Assembly: GCA_046597055.1 (NCBI GenBank)
Contig: JBKJLC010000087.1
Coordinates: 1 to 36,327 of the forward strand
DNA: 36,327 nucleotides
DNA from: Kofleriaceae bacterium
GTDB taxonomy: Bacteria; Myxococcota_A; Polyangia; Haliangiales; Haliangiaceae
Direction of reading: 5' to 3'
Shown: positions 27,113 to 36,327 of the stretch, piece by piece
How positions within the stretch are numbered: the first letter of the stretch is position 1
How the letters are laid out: each line of letters opens with the position of its first letter
Notes under the pieces: generated by a model
What the model was told of the DNA's origin: nothing
The model's database searches: none
What the model saw: the letters and a program-made list of their open reading frames with translations, nothing else
Program-made: the position numbers and the translations under genes

Positions 27113-29469
27113 TCACGCGTGGTTCTTCGTTGCTGGCGGCCGCCCTGGTCGCCTCCTTCACCGTCACGATCACCGGCGCCGGGTGTGGACCCAAGTCGTC
27201 GCCCGACGTGATCCCGACCCTGCCCGGCGACGGCGTCGCCAACATCCCGAAGCCGTCGGCCGACCAGCCGGCGACCCAGGCCGACGATCCGTGGACCGCC
27301 CGGACCGACCTCATCAAGGCGCCCGCGCCCCGGCCGCCGCAGGCGGTGACCCTGCCGCCGATCGAGCGGTTCACGCTCGCCAACGGGCTCGACGTCATCG
27401 TGGTCAAGAACAACCGGCTGCCGGTGGTGCAGATGCAGCTGGCGATCCGCGCCGGTCGCGCCGACGAGCCGCTGGCGCGGCTGGGCGTCGCCGAGCTGAC
27501 CGCCAACCTGTTGCCCAAGGGCACCCGCCGGCGCAACGCGCTCGCGATCGCCAAGGCGGTCGACTTCGTCGGTGGCTCGGTGACCGCCGATGCCGGCCAC
27601 GAGGCGACCTGGGTCACCTGCTCGGCGCTGGCCAAGGATCAGAAGCTCTGCCTCGACCTCATGCCCGAGATGGTCATGACGCCGACCTTCGCCGAGCCGG
27701 AGATCACCAAGGCCAAGGAGTCGATGCTGGCCGAGGTGATGCAGCGGCTCGACGACGCCGGCGCGCTCGCCGGCGTCCACATCCAGAACCTCCTGTGGGG
27801 CAACGACCACGTGCGTGGCTGGGTGCTCGGCCCCGATCACATCCGCCAGCTGTCGCGGGCCGACCTCTTGGCCTGGCACAAGACCTGGTACTCGCCGGAC
27901 AACGCGATCCTCGCGGTGTCAGGCGCGGTCGACACCGCGAAGCTCAAGGCCGACCTGACCCGGGCCTTCGCCGGCTGGAAGAAGGCCGCGGTGCCGGCGC
28001 GCCCGAAGTACGCCGAGCCGCCGTTGACCGGGCCCCGGGTGCGCCTGGTCGACAAGCCGGGCCAGACCCAGACCCACCTCCGGGTCGCCCAGTACGGCCT
28101 GCGCCACGACGACGTCCGCTTCTTTTCGTCGCTGGTGTGGAACTACACGCTGGGCGGCGGCGGCTTCAACGCGCGCCTGATGAAGGTCGTGCGCAGCGAC
28201 GGCGGCAAGAGCTACGGCGCGTCGTCGACCTTCGACCGCAACCAGGATCGGGGCGCGTTCGTCGCGACCACGTTCACGCGGACCGCCGAGTCGATCCGCA
28301 CGCTGCAGCTCGTGCTCGGCGAGATCCGCAAGATGCAAGGCGGCGGGCCCACCGAGGAGGAGGTCGCCGCGGCGATCGCCAACATCGCCGGCAGCTACGC
28401 GATGCGGGTCGCCGGCGCCGACGAGCTGGCCTCGGCGCTGGTGACCGCCGAGCTGCACGGCCTCAACCAGGCCTACGTCTCGGACTTCCCGCTGCTGGTC
28501 GGCCGGGTGTCGAGGGGCGACGCCGCCGAGGCGGCCGCGAGCCTGCTGACGCCCAACGCGTTCACGGTCGTGGTGGTCGGCGACGCCGCCCAGATCGCGC
28601 CGCAGCTGCAGCAGGCCGGGCTCGCGTTCGAGCGGGTCCGGTTCGACGCACCGATCGGGCCGCAGCCGGTCCGCGACACCAAGGTCGATCCGTCGACCGC
28701 GGCGGCCGGCGCCAAGATCCTCGACGCCGCGCTCGCGGCCAAGGGCGGCGACAAGGTGGTGAAGCTCAAGGCGCTGCGGATGACCGCCGAGGGCTCGCTG
28801 ACCGCGCAGAACCAGACGGTGGACGTGGTGTTCAAGCGCCTGCTGGTGGTGCCCGACAAGATGCGCATGGACATCACGATCGGGAAGCAGTTCTCGGTCG
28901 TGTTCGCGGTGCAGGGCGGCGCCGGCTGGACCGAGTCACCGGGCGGGCTCCAGGATCTGCCGGCGGCGCAGCTGCCGCAGCTGGAGCGCCAGCGCTGGGT
29001 CGACCCCGAGCTGGTGCTGGTGCGCCACCGCGAGCCGGGCGCGCGGGTGATCCTGCTGCCGGCGGCCAAGGTCGGCGCCGCGATGTGCGACGTGGTCGAG
29101 GTCGGCTCGGCCGACGGCCGGTTCGCGGCGCGCCTGTTCCTCGATCAGAAGACCAAGATGCTCGTGCAGCTGAGCTACAGCGACGGCGCGGCCGAGACGA
29201 TCGAGCAGTACGCCGACTTCAGGGACATCGGCGGCATCAAGGTGGCGCACCAGCGCGAGGCCGCCGGCGGTGGCGAGAAGTCGTCGCTGAAGGTCACCGA
29301 CGTCGAACTCGACCCGAAGGTCGATCCCGCGCTGTTCGCGCGGCCGACCGCGGCGGCTCCGGGCGCGGCCGCGCCGGGTGGCGCCAAGCCGGCGCCGGCC
29401 CCGACCCGCACGTCGCCGGGCTCGGGCGCGACCAAGCCGGCCCCGGCCCCGGGCGGAACCAAGCCGTGA
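27109..29469 (+). CDS. M16B non-catalytic subunit lipoprotein fused to a C-terminal LolA-like beta domain
   Basis: ATGA overlap; lipobox ITGAGC; HxxEH replaced by ELTAN; R/Y pair VRSDGGKSYG. C-terminal domain ILDAALAAKGG...PDKMRMD...YADFRDIGGIKVAH...VDPALFARP. Confidence 0.87.
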   Translation: MITRGSSLLAAALVASFTVTITGAGCGPKSSPDVIPTLPGDGVANIPKPSADQPATQADDPWTARTDLIKAPAPRPPQAVTLPPIERFTLANGLDVIVVKNNRLPVVQMQLAIRAGRADEPLARLGVAELTANLLPKGTRRRNALAIAKAVDFVGGSVTADAGHEATWVTCSALAKDQKLCLDLMPEMVMTPTFAEPEITKAKESMLAEVMQRLDDAGALAGVHIQNLLWGNDHVRGWVLGPDHIRQLSRADLLAWHKTWYSPDNAILAVSGAVDTAKLKADLTRAFAGWKKAAVPARPKYAEPPLTGPRVRLVDKPGQTQTHLRVAQYGLRHDDVRFFSSLVWNYTLGGGGFNARLMKVVRSDGGKSYGASSTFDRNQDRGAFVATTFTRTAESIRTLQLVLGEIRKMQGGGPTEEEVAAAIANIAGSYAMRVAGADELASALVTAELHGLNQAYVSDFPLLVGRVSRGDAAEAAASLLTPNAFTVVVVGDAAQIAPQLQQAGLAFERVRFDAPIGPQPVRDTKVDPSTAAAGAKILDAALAAKGGDKVVKLKALRMTAEGSLTAQNQTVDVVFKRLLVVPDKMRMDITIGKQFSVVFAVQGGAGWTESPGGLQDLPAAQLPQLERQRWVDPELVLVRHREPGARVILLPAAKVGAAMCDVVEVGSADGRFAARLFLDQKTKMLVQLSYSDGAAETIEQYADFRDIGGIKVAHQREAAGGGEKSSLKVTDVELDPKVDPALFARPTAAAPGAAAPGGAKPAPAPTRTSPGSGATKPAPAPGGTKP

Positions 29470-30665
29470 TCCGCGCCGCGCTCGCCGGCCTCGCGGTGAT
29501 CGCCGCGCTGGTCGGGGCGGTCACGCCCGCCCACGCCCAGCGCAACCGCATGGGCGAGGTCGCGACCGTCGAGCCGGGCGCGACGCCGCCGCTGATCCAG
29601 CTGGTGACCTTCGGGCGCGGCGAGCTGATCTTCGAGAAGTTCGGCCACACCGCGCTGTGCCTCGACTTCCGCGAGCCCGGGCGCGACACGGTGTGCTTCA
29701 ACTACGGCGTCACCGAGTTCGGGACCGGCGGCGGCGCGCTGATCTGGAACTTCATCCGCGGTCGCCAGCAGTTCTGGGTCGAGCCGGTGCCGCTCAGCGG
29801 CATGTTCGCGTTCTATCGGCGCGAGGACCGCACGATCTGGGTCCAGGACCTGCCGTTCTCGCCCGAGCAGGCGCGCGCGGTCGAGGCCAAGCTGCTCCAC
29901 GATCTCGCGCCCGAAAATCGCTACTACTACTACGATCACTTCACCGACAACTGCACGACCCGGCTGCGCGACATCGTCGACCAGGCCGCCGGCGGCACCC
30001 TGCGCGCCAACTCGGACGGCCCGTACACGTCGACGTTCCGGCAGATGGGCCGGCGTGGGCTCGCCGAGCTGCCGCCGATCATCGCGCTCGGCGACTTCGC
30101 GGTCGGCCGCACGCTCGACGTCTACCCCACGATGTACGAGGCGATGTTCCATCCGTACATCCTCATGGACGAGGTCGAGAAGCGGATGGGCGTGGCGCCG
30201 ACCCTGGTCTACGAGCGGAAGGGCCCGCCGATCCCCGACGACGGGCCGACCGGCCGGGGCTGGGCGCTCGCGATCGGCCTGCTGCTGGCGGCGCCGCTGC
30301 TGATCACCAAGGTGCTCGGTCGCGGCGAGCGCGCGGCGGTCGCGTTCATCACCATCCCGCTGACGCTGATGGGGCTCCTGATCTGGGGCATGGCGGTGCT
30401 GTCGACGATCCCGGGCTTCCGGTGGAACGAGGCCGTCTTCCTGTACGTGCCGTTCGACGCGGTGCTGCCGTTCCTGGGCGAGCACCGCCGCCGGCAGTAC
30501 GCCCGGGTGCGGCTCGCGATGGTGCTCGGCGTGTCGCTGCTGCGCGGGGTCGGGCTGTTCCTGCAGCCGCTGTGGATCCCGATCGTGGTCGGCTTCGTGA
30601 TCTTCGGCCTGATCGGGTTCGGGCTGCCCAACCCGCCGGTCGGCCGCCGCGCCGCCCGGGCCTGA
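29466..30665 (+). CDS. DUF4105 / Lnb-like membrane protein (putative lipoprotein N-acyltransferase family)
   Basis: GTGA overlap; signal peptide; LIFEKFGHTAL, FNYG and YYYDHFTDNCTTRLRD (His/Cys pair); several C-terminal TM helices. Confidence 0.82.
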   Translation: MIRAALAGLAVIAALVGAVTPAHAQRNRMGEVATVEPGATPPLIQLVTFGRGELIFEKFGHTALCLDFREPGRDTVCFNYGVTEFGTGGGALIWNFIRGRQQFWVEPVPLSGMFAFYRREDRTIWVQDLPFSPEQARAVEAKLLHDLAPENRYYYYDHFTDNCTTRLRDIVDQAAGGTLRANSDGPYTSTFRQMGRRGLAELPPIIALGDFAVGRTLDVYPTMYEAMFHPYILMDEVEKRMGVAPTLVYERKGPPIPDDGPTGRGWALAIGLLLAAPLLITKVLGRGERAAVAFITIPLTLMGLLIWGMAVLSTIPGFRWNEAVFLYVPFDAVLPFLGEHRRRQYARVRLAMVLGVSLLRGVGLFLQPLWIPIVVGFVIFGLIGFGLPNPPVGRRAARA

Positions 30666-30677
30666 CGGCGCGCTGCG

Positions 30678-31132
30678 CTCCCCGGTGTCCCTGAGCGAAG
30701 GGCTCGTTGCGAGCCCGACGTCGAAGGGCCAGCGGGTGCCCTCAGGATTGATCACTTCTTTCGCTTCGGTTCGAACCCGCTTTCGCTTCGACCCGTGGCG
30801 ACGCTGGGGCACGCGGGGCCGGGCTCGCCGTCGGCGAAGCCGAGGTCCCGGCGCTTGCTCGATCCGGGGTCCCCGGGCGGGACGCACGCCGGTGCCATTG
30901 CCCCAACCCGCCGACGCATGCACCACCCGGCCGTGGAAACTACGAGCGCGCCTGGGACCTCGTCCCCGCCTCGGCTCGTCCTCCATGCCGATCTCGAGCA
31001 CCCGCCCAGCCCCCGGTCGATGGCAACCCGTCAACGATCCCTCAGGGCCACTGAAGCTGTGCTGGACCTCGGGGCGGGCGGCGGGCCGGCACTCCTCGGG
31101 GATCCCGCACCGGGGCCCAGGACACCGGGGAG
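30678..31132. repeat. 455-bp intergenic element bounded by 13-bp perfect inverted repeats, with an internal REP-like hairpin
   Basis: CTCCCCGGTGTCC (30678-30690) pairs with GGACACCGGGGAG (31120-31132). Internal CCTGAGCGAAGGGCTCG-TTG-CGAGCCCGACGTCGAAGGG; direct repeat CTTTCGCTTCG at 30758 and 30780. Confidence 0.55.
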
Positions 31133-31165
31133 GAGCTCGGACGACTGGCGTCGCGCCCGCCGGCC

Positions 31166-32077
31166 TCAGCCGTCGGCGATCACGCGCTTGAGGAACGGCA
31201 CCACCTGGCGGGCGGTGACCTCGTCGCCGACCGCGAGGACGCAGTCGCGGATGCCGCCGGCGACCAGGCTGGCCGAGCCGCCGGTGATCGCCTTGCCCGA
31301 GCCGGTCGCCGCCGCCGCCTTGTGGGCGACCCACTTCTCGACGCCGTCAGTGCCGCTCCACGGCGCGATGCGCACCTGCACGCTGCATGCGATCTCGGCC
31401 TTGCCGCCGGCGCGCGTGATCTTCAGCGCCGACACGGTCGCGGTGACGACAAAGGCGCGGGTGCCCGCGCGGGTGAGCTGGCGCGCGTTCGGCAGCTGCC
31501 CGGGCCAGGTGGTGGCGACCTTGGGCGCGCCGCGGCCGACCGCCTTGCGCACGGTGGTGGTCAGGCGCGACAGGGTGTCGGCCGAGGCCTGCCGCGACGG
31601 ATCGCGGGCGACGCCGACGTGGACGAACAGCGCGGGCAGCCGGGCGTTGGGCCGGACCGGCCGCAGCCCGTCGAGCTTCTGCAGCGCGCGGGTGGCGAGG
31701 TCGCGCACGTTGCGGTCGCGGTCACCGGTCGCGGCGCGGTCGAGCGCGGTGAACGCGAGCTCGCGGGCCGCCCTCGGCGTGGTGTCGTCGAGCGCCTTGG
31801 CCAGCGCCAGCGCCGAGCCGCGCCGGATCTGCGGCTCGCGGTCCTGGCCGAGCGCGCGCGCCAGCGCGGTCACCGCGCGTCCGTCGTGCGACCGCGACAG
31901 CGCCAGCACCGCGGCCAGCCGCCGCTTGTAGGTCGGCGCGCGCGCGAGCTGGCTCGCCTCGTCGTCGATCACGTCGGCGCCGGCGGTCCCGGGCGCGGCG
32001 ATCGTCACCAGCGCCAGCGCCAGCGCGAGCCCGAGGAGAACCGGGGCGATCGCGGCGACGCGAGCTCTGTTCCCCAC
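31166..32077 (-). CDS. Exported HEAT-repeat protein
   Basis: Signal peptide ending GTAGA; HEAT repeats (KRRLAAVLALS; ALGQDREPQIRRGSALALA; DRDRNVRDLATRAL); alpha/beta C-terminal domain. Confidence 0.8.
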   Translation of the reverse strand: MGNRARVAAIAPVLLGLALALALVTIAAPGTAGADVIDDEASQLARAPTYKRRLAAVLALSRSHDGRAVTALARALGQDREPQIRRGSALALAKALDDTTPRAARELAFTALDRAATGDRDRNVRDLATRALQKLDGLRPVRPNARLPALFVHVGVARDPSRQASADTLSRLTTTVRKAVGRGAPKVATTWPGQLPNARQLTRAGTRAFVVTATVSALKITRAGGKAEIACSVQVRIAPWSGTDGVEKWVAHKAAAATGSGKAITGGSASLVAGGIRDCVLAVGDEVTARQVVPFLKRVIADG

Positions 32078-32196
32078 CGGTCCAATCTAGCATGCGCGAT
32101 CCGCCGAGCTGCGATCGCTCGCGCGACGCGCGCGCCCACGCTCGCGTACACCGCGGCGGGGTGAAGCGGCGCAAGCCACCTCGCGCCGACCGACGG

Positions 32197-33204
32197 TCAG
32201 TCGCCGGTGCCGAGCCCGCCCAGCACCGAGCCCTCGCCGGGGCCGCCGGTGATGCCGGCGGCGACGATGCGGCGCGCCAGGCGCGAGAACGGGAGCGACT
32301 GCAGCCACACCTTGCCGGGGCCGGTCAGCGCCGCATAGAACAGGCCTTCGCCGCCGAAGAACGCGCTCTTGAGCCCGCCGATCCACTGGATGTCGTACTG
32401 GACCCGCGGCTCGAACGCGACGATGCAGCCGGTGTCGACCCGCAGCGTCTCGCCGGCCGCCAGCTCGCGCGCGACGATGGTGCCGCCGGCGTGCACGAAC
32501 GCCAGGCCCTGGCCCTCGAGCTTCTGGAGGACGAAGCCCTCGCCACCGAACAGGCCGACGCCGAGCTTCTTCTGAAACGCGATGCCGACCGAGATCCCGC
32601 GCGCCGCGCACAGGAACGCGTCCTTCTCGCACAGGAGCGTGCCGCCGAGCGCGCGCAGATCCATCGCGATGATCTTGCCGGGGTAGGGCGCGGCGAACGC
32701 GACCTTGCGACGCTTTGCATCCTTGTTGCCGAACAGCGTCATGAACAGCGACTCGCCGGTGAGGACCCGCTTGCCAGCCTGGGCCAGCTTGGCGAAGAAG
32801 CCTTGATCCTGCGGCTTGCCGTCGCCGAAGATCGTCTGCATCTCGACCCCCGGCTCCATGTAGAAGAACGCGCCGGCCTCGGCGATCGCGGCCTCGCCGG
32901 GATCGAGCGTCACCTCGACGAACTGCATCTCTTCGCCGAAGATCTCGTAGTCGATGACGTCCGCGGTGGTGGCGACCGGCGCCGGCCCGGCGGGCGGGGG
33001 CGGGGGCGGGGGTGGCGCGGCCGAGAACGCCTGGGCGAAGGTCGGCACCTGCGCGATCGGCGTCCAGCTCGCGATGCCTTGCCCGTACACGTAGGCGGTC
33101 TGGGTGACCTGACCGGTGCGGATGAGGTCGAGCACCTGCTGGGTCCCGAGCGGTCCCTGCTGTTGCCCGCTCATGCCGACATACCAGACCGACGTCTCGT
33201 TCAT
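32197..33204 (-). CDS. TIGR00266 / AIM24-family protein with N-terminal GYF_2 (DUF4339) domain
   Basis: ATG 33204. [12 protein letters not shown]...[19 protein letters not shown], poly-Pro linker, then [40 protein letters not shown] and [16 protein letters not shown]. Confidence 0.92.
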   Translation of the reverse strand: MNETSVWYVGMSGQQQGPLGTQQVLDLIRTGQVTQTAYVYGQGIASWTPIAQVPTFAQAFSAAPPPPPPPPAGPAPVATTADVIDYEIFGEEMQFVEVTLDPGEAAIAEAGAFFYMEPGVEMQTIFGDGKPQDQGFFAKLAQAGKRVLTGESLFMTLFGNKDAKRRKVAFAAPYPGKIIAMDLRALGGTLLCEKDAFLCAARGISVGIAFQKKLGVGLFGGEGFVLQKLEGQGLAFVHAGGTIVARELAAGETLRVDTGCIVAFEPRVQYDIQWIGGLKSAFFGGEGLFYAALTGPGKVWLQSLPFSRLARRIVAAGITGGPGEGSVLGGLGTGD

Positions 33205-33317
33205 GTGCGTGACGCTACCACCGCCAGCGCGGGCCCGGCCGGCACGCCGGGGGAGCCCAGCCCCCAGGAGCATCGCTGGCACCGGCTTCAAGTGCCCGAA
33301 AGTTTTGAAGCACCACA

Positions 33318-33333
33318 GGGCATCGAACTTGCG
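33318..33333 (+). promoter_or_regulatory. Putative sigma54 promoter of the oxidoreductase gene
   Basis: GGGCATC-GAAC-TTGCG with GG-N10-GC spacing; inverted repeat GCTTCAA-N13-TTGAAGC just upstream (33285-33311). Confidence 0.4.
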
Positions 33334-33428
33334 TATGCTCGAAGCGTGTTTCGTGAAGCGCTCGAAGCGCGCGGGTCGGCGACCGCCCCCTGCACGGTAG
33401 GGGCTGCGCGCCGCCGGGGTGGCGCGCG

Positions 33429-36092
33429 ATGACCTGGATCATTCCGCTCGCGCTCGGCGCGCTCGCGATCGGGGTCATGGCGCTGTTCTCGATGCTGGGC
33501 GCGCGCCGCCATCGCATCGGGCACGTCCAGCCGGTCGCGCAGCCGGGCCCGAGCATCCTCGTTCACGACATCAACGACGATCGCTGTACCGGCTGCGATG
33601 CGTGCGTCGCGGTGTGCCCGACCAACGTCCTCGACCTGGTCGACAACAAGAGCCGGGTGCTGCGCTTCCAGGACTGCATCCAGTGCGAGGCGTGTATGTG
33701 GGCGTGCCCGACCGAGGCGCTCGTCATGTTTCCCGAGCACGGCGAGCCGCCGGCGCTCAAGGTGCCCGAGCTCGACGACTGCTACCAGACCGCGGTCCCC
33801 GGCCAGTACCTGATCGGCGAGGTCGCTGGCAAGCCGCTGGTCAAGAACGCCGCCAACCTCGGACGCGCGGTGGTCGAGCACATGCTGCAGAACGGGTTGC
33901 GCGGTGGTGCACTCGGCCGCGGTGAGATGGCGGTCGACGTCGCGATCATCGGCTCGGGGCCCGGCGGACTGTCCGCGGCGCTGACCTGCGTGCAGAAGGG
34001 GCTGACCTACGTCGTGCTCGAGAAGGAGCAGCTGATCGCCTCGACGATCGCGCGCTACCCCAAGGGCAAGCTCGTGATGGCAGAGCCGTACGACACGCTC
34101 AACCTGTCGCTCCTGCCCGTGTTCGACTCCGCGAAGGAGCAGCTGATTCCGATCTGGAAGGAGCTGATGGATCGCGTCGGCCTCAAGGTCCGCCAGGGTG
34201 AGTCGGTCGAGAAGGTCGAGCGCGGCGGCGACGGCGCGTTCGACGTTCGCACCACCGTCGGCGCCTACCGCGCCCAGCGCGTCGTGATGTCGATCGGTAC
34301 CCGCGGTAAGCCGCGTACGCTGCAGGTCCCTGGCGAGAACCTACCGAAGATCTTCAGCCTCCTCGAGGATCCCGACGAGTGGCGGGGCCGGACCGTGCTG
34401 GTCGTCGGTGGTGGCGATAGCGCCGTCGAGGCCGCGCTCGCACTCGCCGATGCCGGCGCGAAGGTCATGATCTCGTACCGCGGCAAGGGCTTCAATCGCG
34501 CCGCGCCGAAGAACAAGCAAACGATCGAGGCGTACGCCGCGGAAGGCCGCGTCAAAGCGAAGCTCGGTTCGCAGGTCCTCGGCTTCGACGCCGAGTCCGT
34601 CACGCTCGCGCTCGCGGATGGGTCGCAGAAGCGGTACACGAACGACGCCGCGTTCGTGCTGATCGGCGCAGATCCACCAGTCCAGTGGCTCGAGAAGATG
34701 GGTATCCGGTTCGTCGAGCGCCCGCACCAGCACCAGATGGGCAAGAGCGACGACATCGTGCGTCGTCTCGTCGCCCTCGCTCGTGAGTGTCCAGAGGATG
34801 CGGCGCGCGCGGCCGCCCAGATCCTCGGCGGCAGCACGGGCATCGAGCCGGCGGCTGCGGTCTCGCTGCCGATGCCGATGGGTGACATGCCGGTGTCCGG
34901 ACCGCGGAAGTGGCTGCGCTCGGCGACCAGCATCTTCTCGAACAAGTCGCACACCAATCCGGGCGTGCAGACTCCGCTGACCAACGTCAGCGATCAGAAG
35001 ACCGGCGGCGGGCAGGGCGGCTCGACGCGCGGCAGGAAATTCGATGCACCGGTGCCGCTGTCGGAGTTCGCGAAGCGCGGCAAGCCGGGCGCCGCGGGTG
35101 CAACCACGGCGAACGAGGCGTCGTCCTCGTCGTCGCGCGGTCACACGAACCACACCGGGCACGGTCGCCGCGATCAGCTGTCCGCTGGCGAGCGGACTCG
35201 CATTCTCCGCATGCTCCGCGACGAAGGCGGTCGGCTCGCCGACGAGGATTCCCAGGTTTATATCGGCGCCGCACCGGGTCGGAAGGACTACGACTTCGAC
35301 TTCGACGAGGGTGGTCTCGCACCGGCACCGGCACCGGCACCGGCAGCGGTTCCTGCGTCGCGTCCCGATGTCCCGGCGAAGCCGGCCGTCGTCGTCGGTC
35401 TCGCGCAGGCGCAGGCCGGCAAGAACGCCCGCAGCAAGCGATCCACTGCCGCTGCGCCGCCGCCTCAGGCACCTCCGCCGGCGCTGCAGGCTCGTCGAGC
35501 GCAGACCGTACCGCCCCCGCTGCCCGGCATGCAGCCGCCGCCTCCGCCGCCGCGCTCCCGCAACGAATCGCGCCCCCCGCCGGGTCCTGCTCCGCGGCGG
35601 GGCGTACCGCAGCCGTTCGCCGACGAGGCCACGCGCCAGGGCGATGACGAGCTGTTGAACGCCCTGCGGGCGAGCGAGCAGCAACAGCCGCGCCGCCAGC
35701 AGGCGCCGACGCACCTGCCGTCCAAGGCGGTCTCGCCGCCGCCGAGCAAGGCACCGTTGAAGCTGCCGCCGAGCAAGGCGCCGCCGCCGAACGTTCAGTT
35801 CGAAGAGCCGACGCGGATGGCGAACATCGATGCGCACCTGATGAGCAAGCGCGCGTTCGACGACGCGAACCAGGGCGATCGCCTCGACAAGTTCCTCGCA
35901 CAGGCACCCGCGACCGATCCGAGCACCGCGCCGGTGCATCTCGACGACGACGAGGCCACGCGGATGGGCAACATCGACGGGATCGCCGGCATCGAGCGGA
36001 GTCGCAACAACGTCCCGCAGGACGAGCGCACGCGCGCCGTCAACATTCGCAACGACAAGAGCATCAGCGACATCGACTGGGATCTGGACTGA
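33429..36092 (+). CDS. Membrane-anchored 2x[4Fe-4S] ferredoxin-FAD/NAD(P)H oxidoreductase (TrxR/YpdA-like fold) with long low-complexity C-terminal tail
   Basis: N-terminal [14 protein letters not shown] and [43 protein letters not shown]; Pro/Ala-rich tail ending DIDWDLD. Confidence 0.9.
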   Translation: MTWIIPLALGALAIGVMALFSMLGARRHRIGHVQPVAQPGPSILVHDINDDRCTGCDACVAVCPTNVLDLVDNKSRVLRFQDCIQCEACMWACPTEALVMFPEHGEPPALKVPELDDCYQTAVPGQYLIGEVAGKPLVKNAANLGRAVVEHMLQNGLRGGALGRGEMAVDVAIIGSGPGGLSAALTCVQKGLTYVVLEKEQLIASTIARYPKGKLVMAEPYDTLNLSLLPVFDSAKEQLIPIWKELMDRVGLKVRQGESVEKVERGGDGAFDVRTTVGAYRAQRVVMSIGTRGKPRTLQVPGENLPKIFSLLEDPDEWRGRTVLVVGGGDSAVEAALALADAGAKVMISYRGKGFNRAAPKNKQTIEAYAAEGRVKAKLGSQVLGFDAESVTLALADGSQKRYTNDAAFVLIGADPPVQWLEKMGIRFVERPHQHQMGKSDDIVRRLVALARECPEDAARAAAQILGGSTGIEPAAAVSLPMPMGDMPVSGPRKWLRSATSIFSNKSHTNPGVQTPLTNVSDQKTGGGQGGSTRGRKFDAPVPLSEFAKRGKPGAAGATTANEASSSSSRGHTNHTGHGRRDQLSAGERTRILRMLRDEGGRLADEDSQVYIGAAPGRKDYDFDFDEGGLAPAPAPAPAAVPASRPDVPAKPAVVVGLAQAQAGKNARSKRSTAAAPPPQAPPPALQARRAQTVPPPLPGMQPPPPPPRSRNESRPPPGPAPRRGVPQPFADEATRQGDDELLNALRASEQQQPRRQQAPTHLPSKAVSPPPSKAPLKLPPSKAPPPNVQFEEPTRMANIDAHLMSKRAFDDANQGDRLDKFLAQAPATDPSTAPVHLDDDEATRMGNIDGIAGIERSRNNVPQDERTRAVNIRNDKSISDIDWDLD

Positions 36093-36178
36093 CGCACGAT
36101 CCAAACAAGCCTCGCAGTAGCGGCCTCGCAGACACCGTTCCTGCGACGGAGCCGCCGCTCGATGTTCATGGGCAGCCG

Positions 36179-36327
36179 ATGCGCAGCTCGCGCGCGTCGC
36201 TGCCCCCCATCACGACCCAGCGCTACCGCCTGGGACCCGAGCTCGGCCGCGGCGGGATGGGCCGCGTGGTCGAGGCGTTCGACACCCAGCTCGGGCGCAC
36301 GGTCGCGCTGAAAGAAGTGCTGCCGAA
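36179..36327 (+). CDS. Ser/Thr (Hanks) protein kinase, N-terminal part (3'-truncated)
   Basis: Not in the ORF track. ATG 36179 gives MRSSRASLPPITTQRYRLGPELGRGGMGRVVEAFDTQLGRTVALKEVLP (subdomains I-II). Confidence 0.9.
   Translation, partial: MRSSRASLPPITTQRYRLGPELGRGGMGRVVEAFDTQLGRTVALKEVLP

Noticed and set aside
25579..29465. Long ORFs 25579..29469 and 27183..30665 as single fused proteins
   Set aside because: Their 5' parts are shadow frames of upstream genes; true starts are at 27109 and 29466 (4-nt overlaps, signal peptides).
30767..30779. CGGTTCGAACCCG resembling a tRNA/tmRNA T-arm
   Set aside because: Only a 3-bp stem, with no acceptor, D or anticodon arms and no CCA context.
33429..34720. 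Calling the oxidoreductase thioredoxin reductase (trxB)
   Set aside because: No CxxC in the NADPH domain; it has fused ferredoxin and TM segments instead.
35319..35342. (GCACCG)x4 tandem repeat as a phase-variation tract
   Set aside because: In-frame hexamer encoding an Ala-Pro linker; copy-number change would not shift the frame.

Overview
Very GC-rich, gene-dense bacterial DNA. Gene content (IgGFc-binding/IPT lipoproteins, PEGA, HEAT, Hanks kinases, MshEN-type protein, sigma54-type promoters) suggests a myxobacterium (Myxococcota); this is inference. I support about 28 CDS plus one frameshifted remnant. They include two coupled lipoproteins, an IHF-beta-like protein, a PEP-utilising phosphotransferase, a 3D-domain protein, PBP1A, an ECF sigma factor divergent from a stand-alone POTRA-like protein, and a 7TM-receptor Ser/Thr kinase. 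A minus-strand run encodes small protein-rpsU-prmA-rsmE-RDD-MshEN/HEAT protein. Then come a coupled M16 peptidase pair + DUF4105/Lnb-like operon, a GYF_2-AIM24 protein, a ferredoxin-FAD oxidoreductase with a long tail, and a truncated kinase. I found no rRNA, tRNA, CRISPR array, transposase or integrase, so most of the window looks like core/envelope genome. Best candidates for something undescribed: (1) back-to-back sigma54-type promoters with an IHF-like site and a direct-repeat enhancer driving an orphan ECF sigma and a POTRA-only protein; (2) the M16/LolA-like/Lnb-like operon; (3) a recurring leaderless-transcript signature; (4) a 455-bp inverted-repeat-bounded intergenic element. All family calls come from reading motifs by eye, not from database searches.
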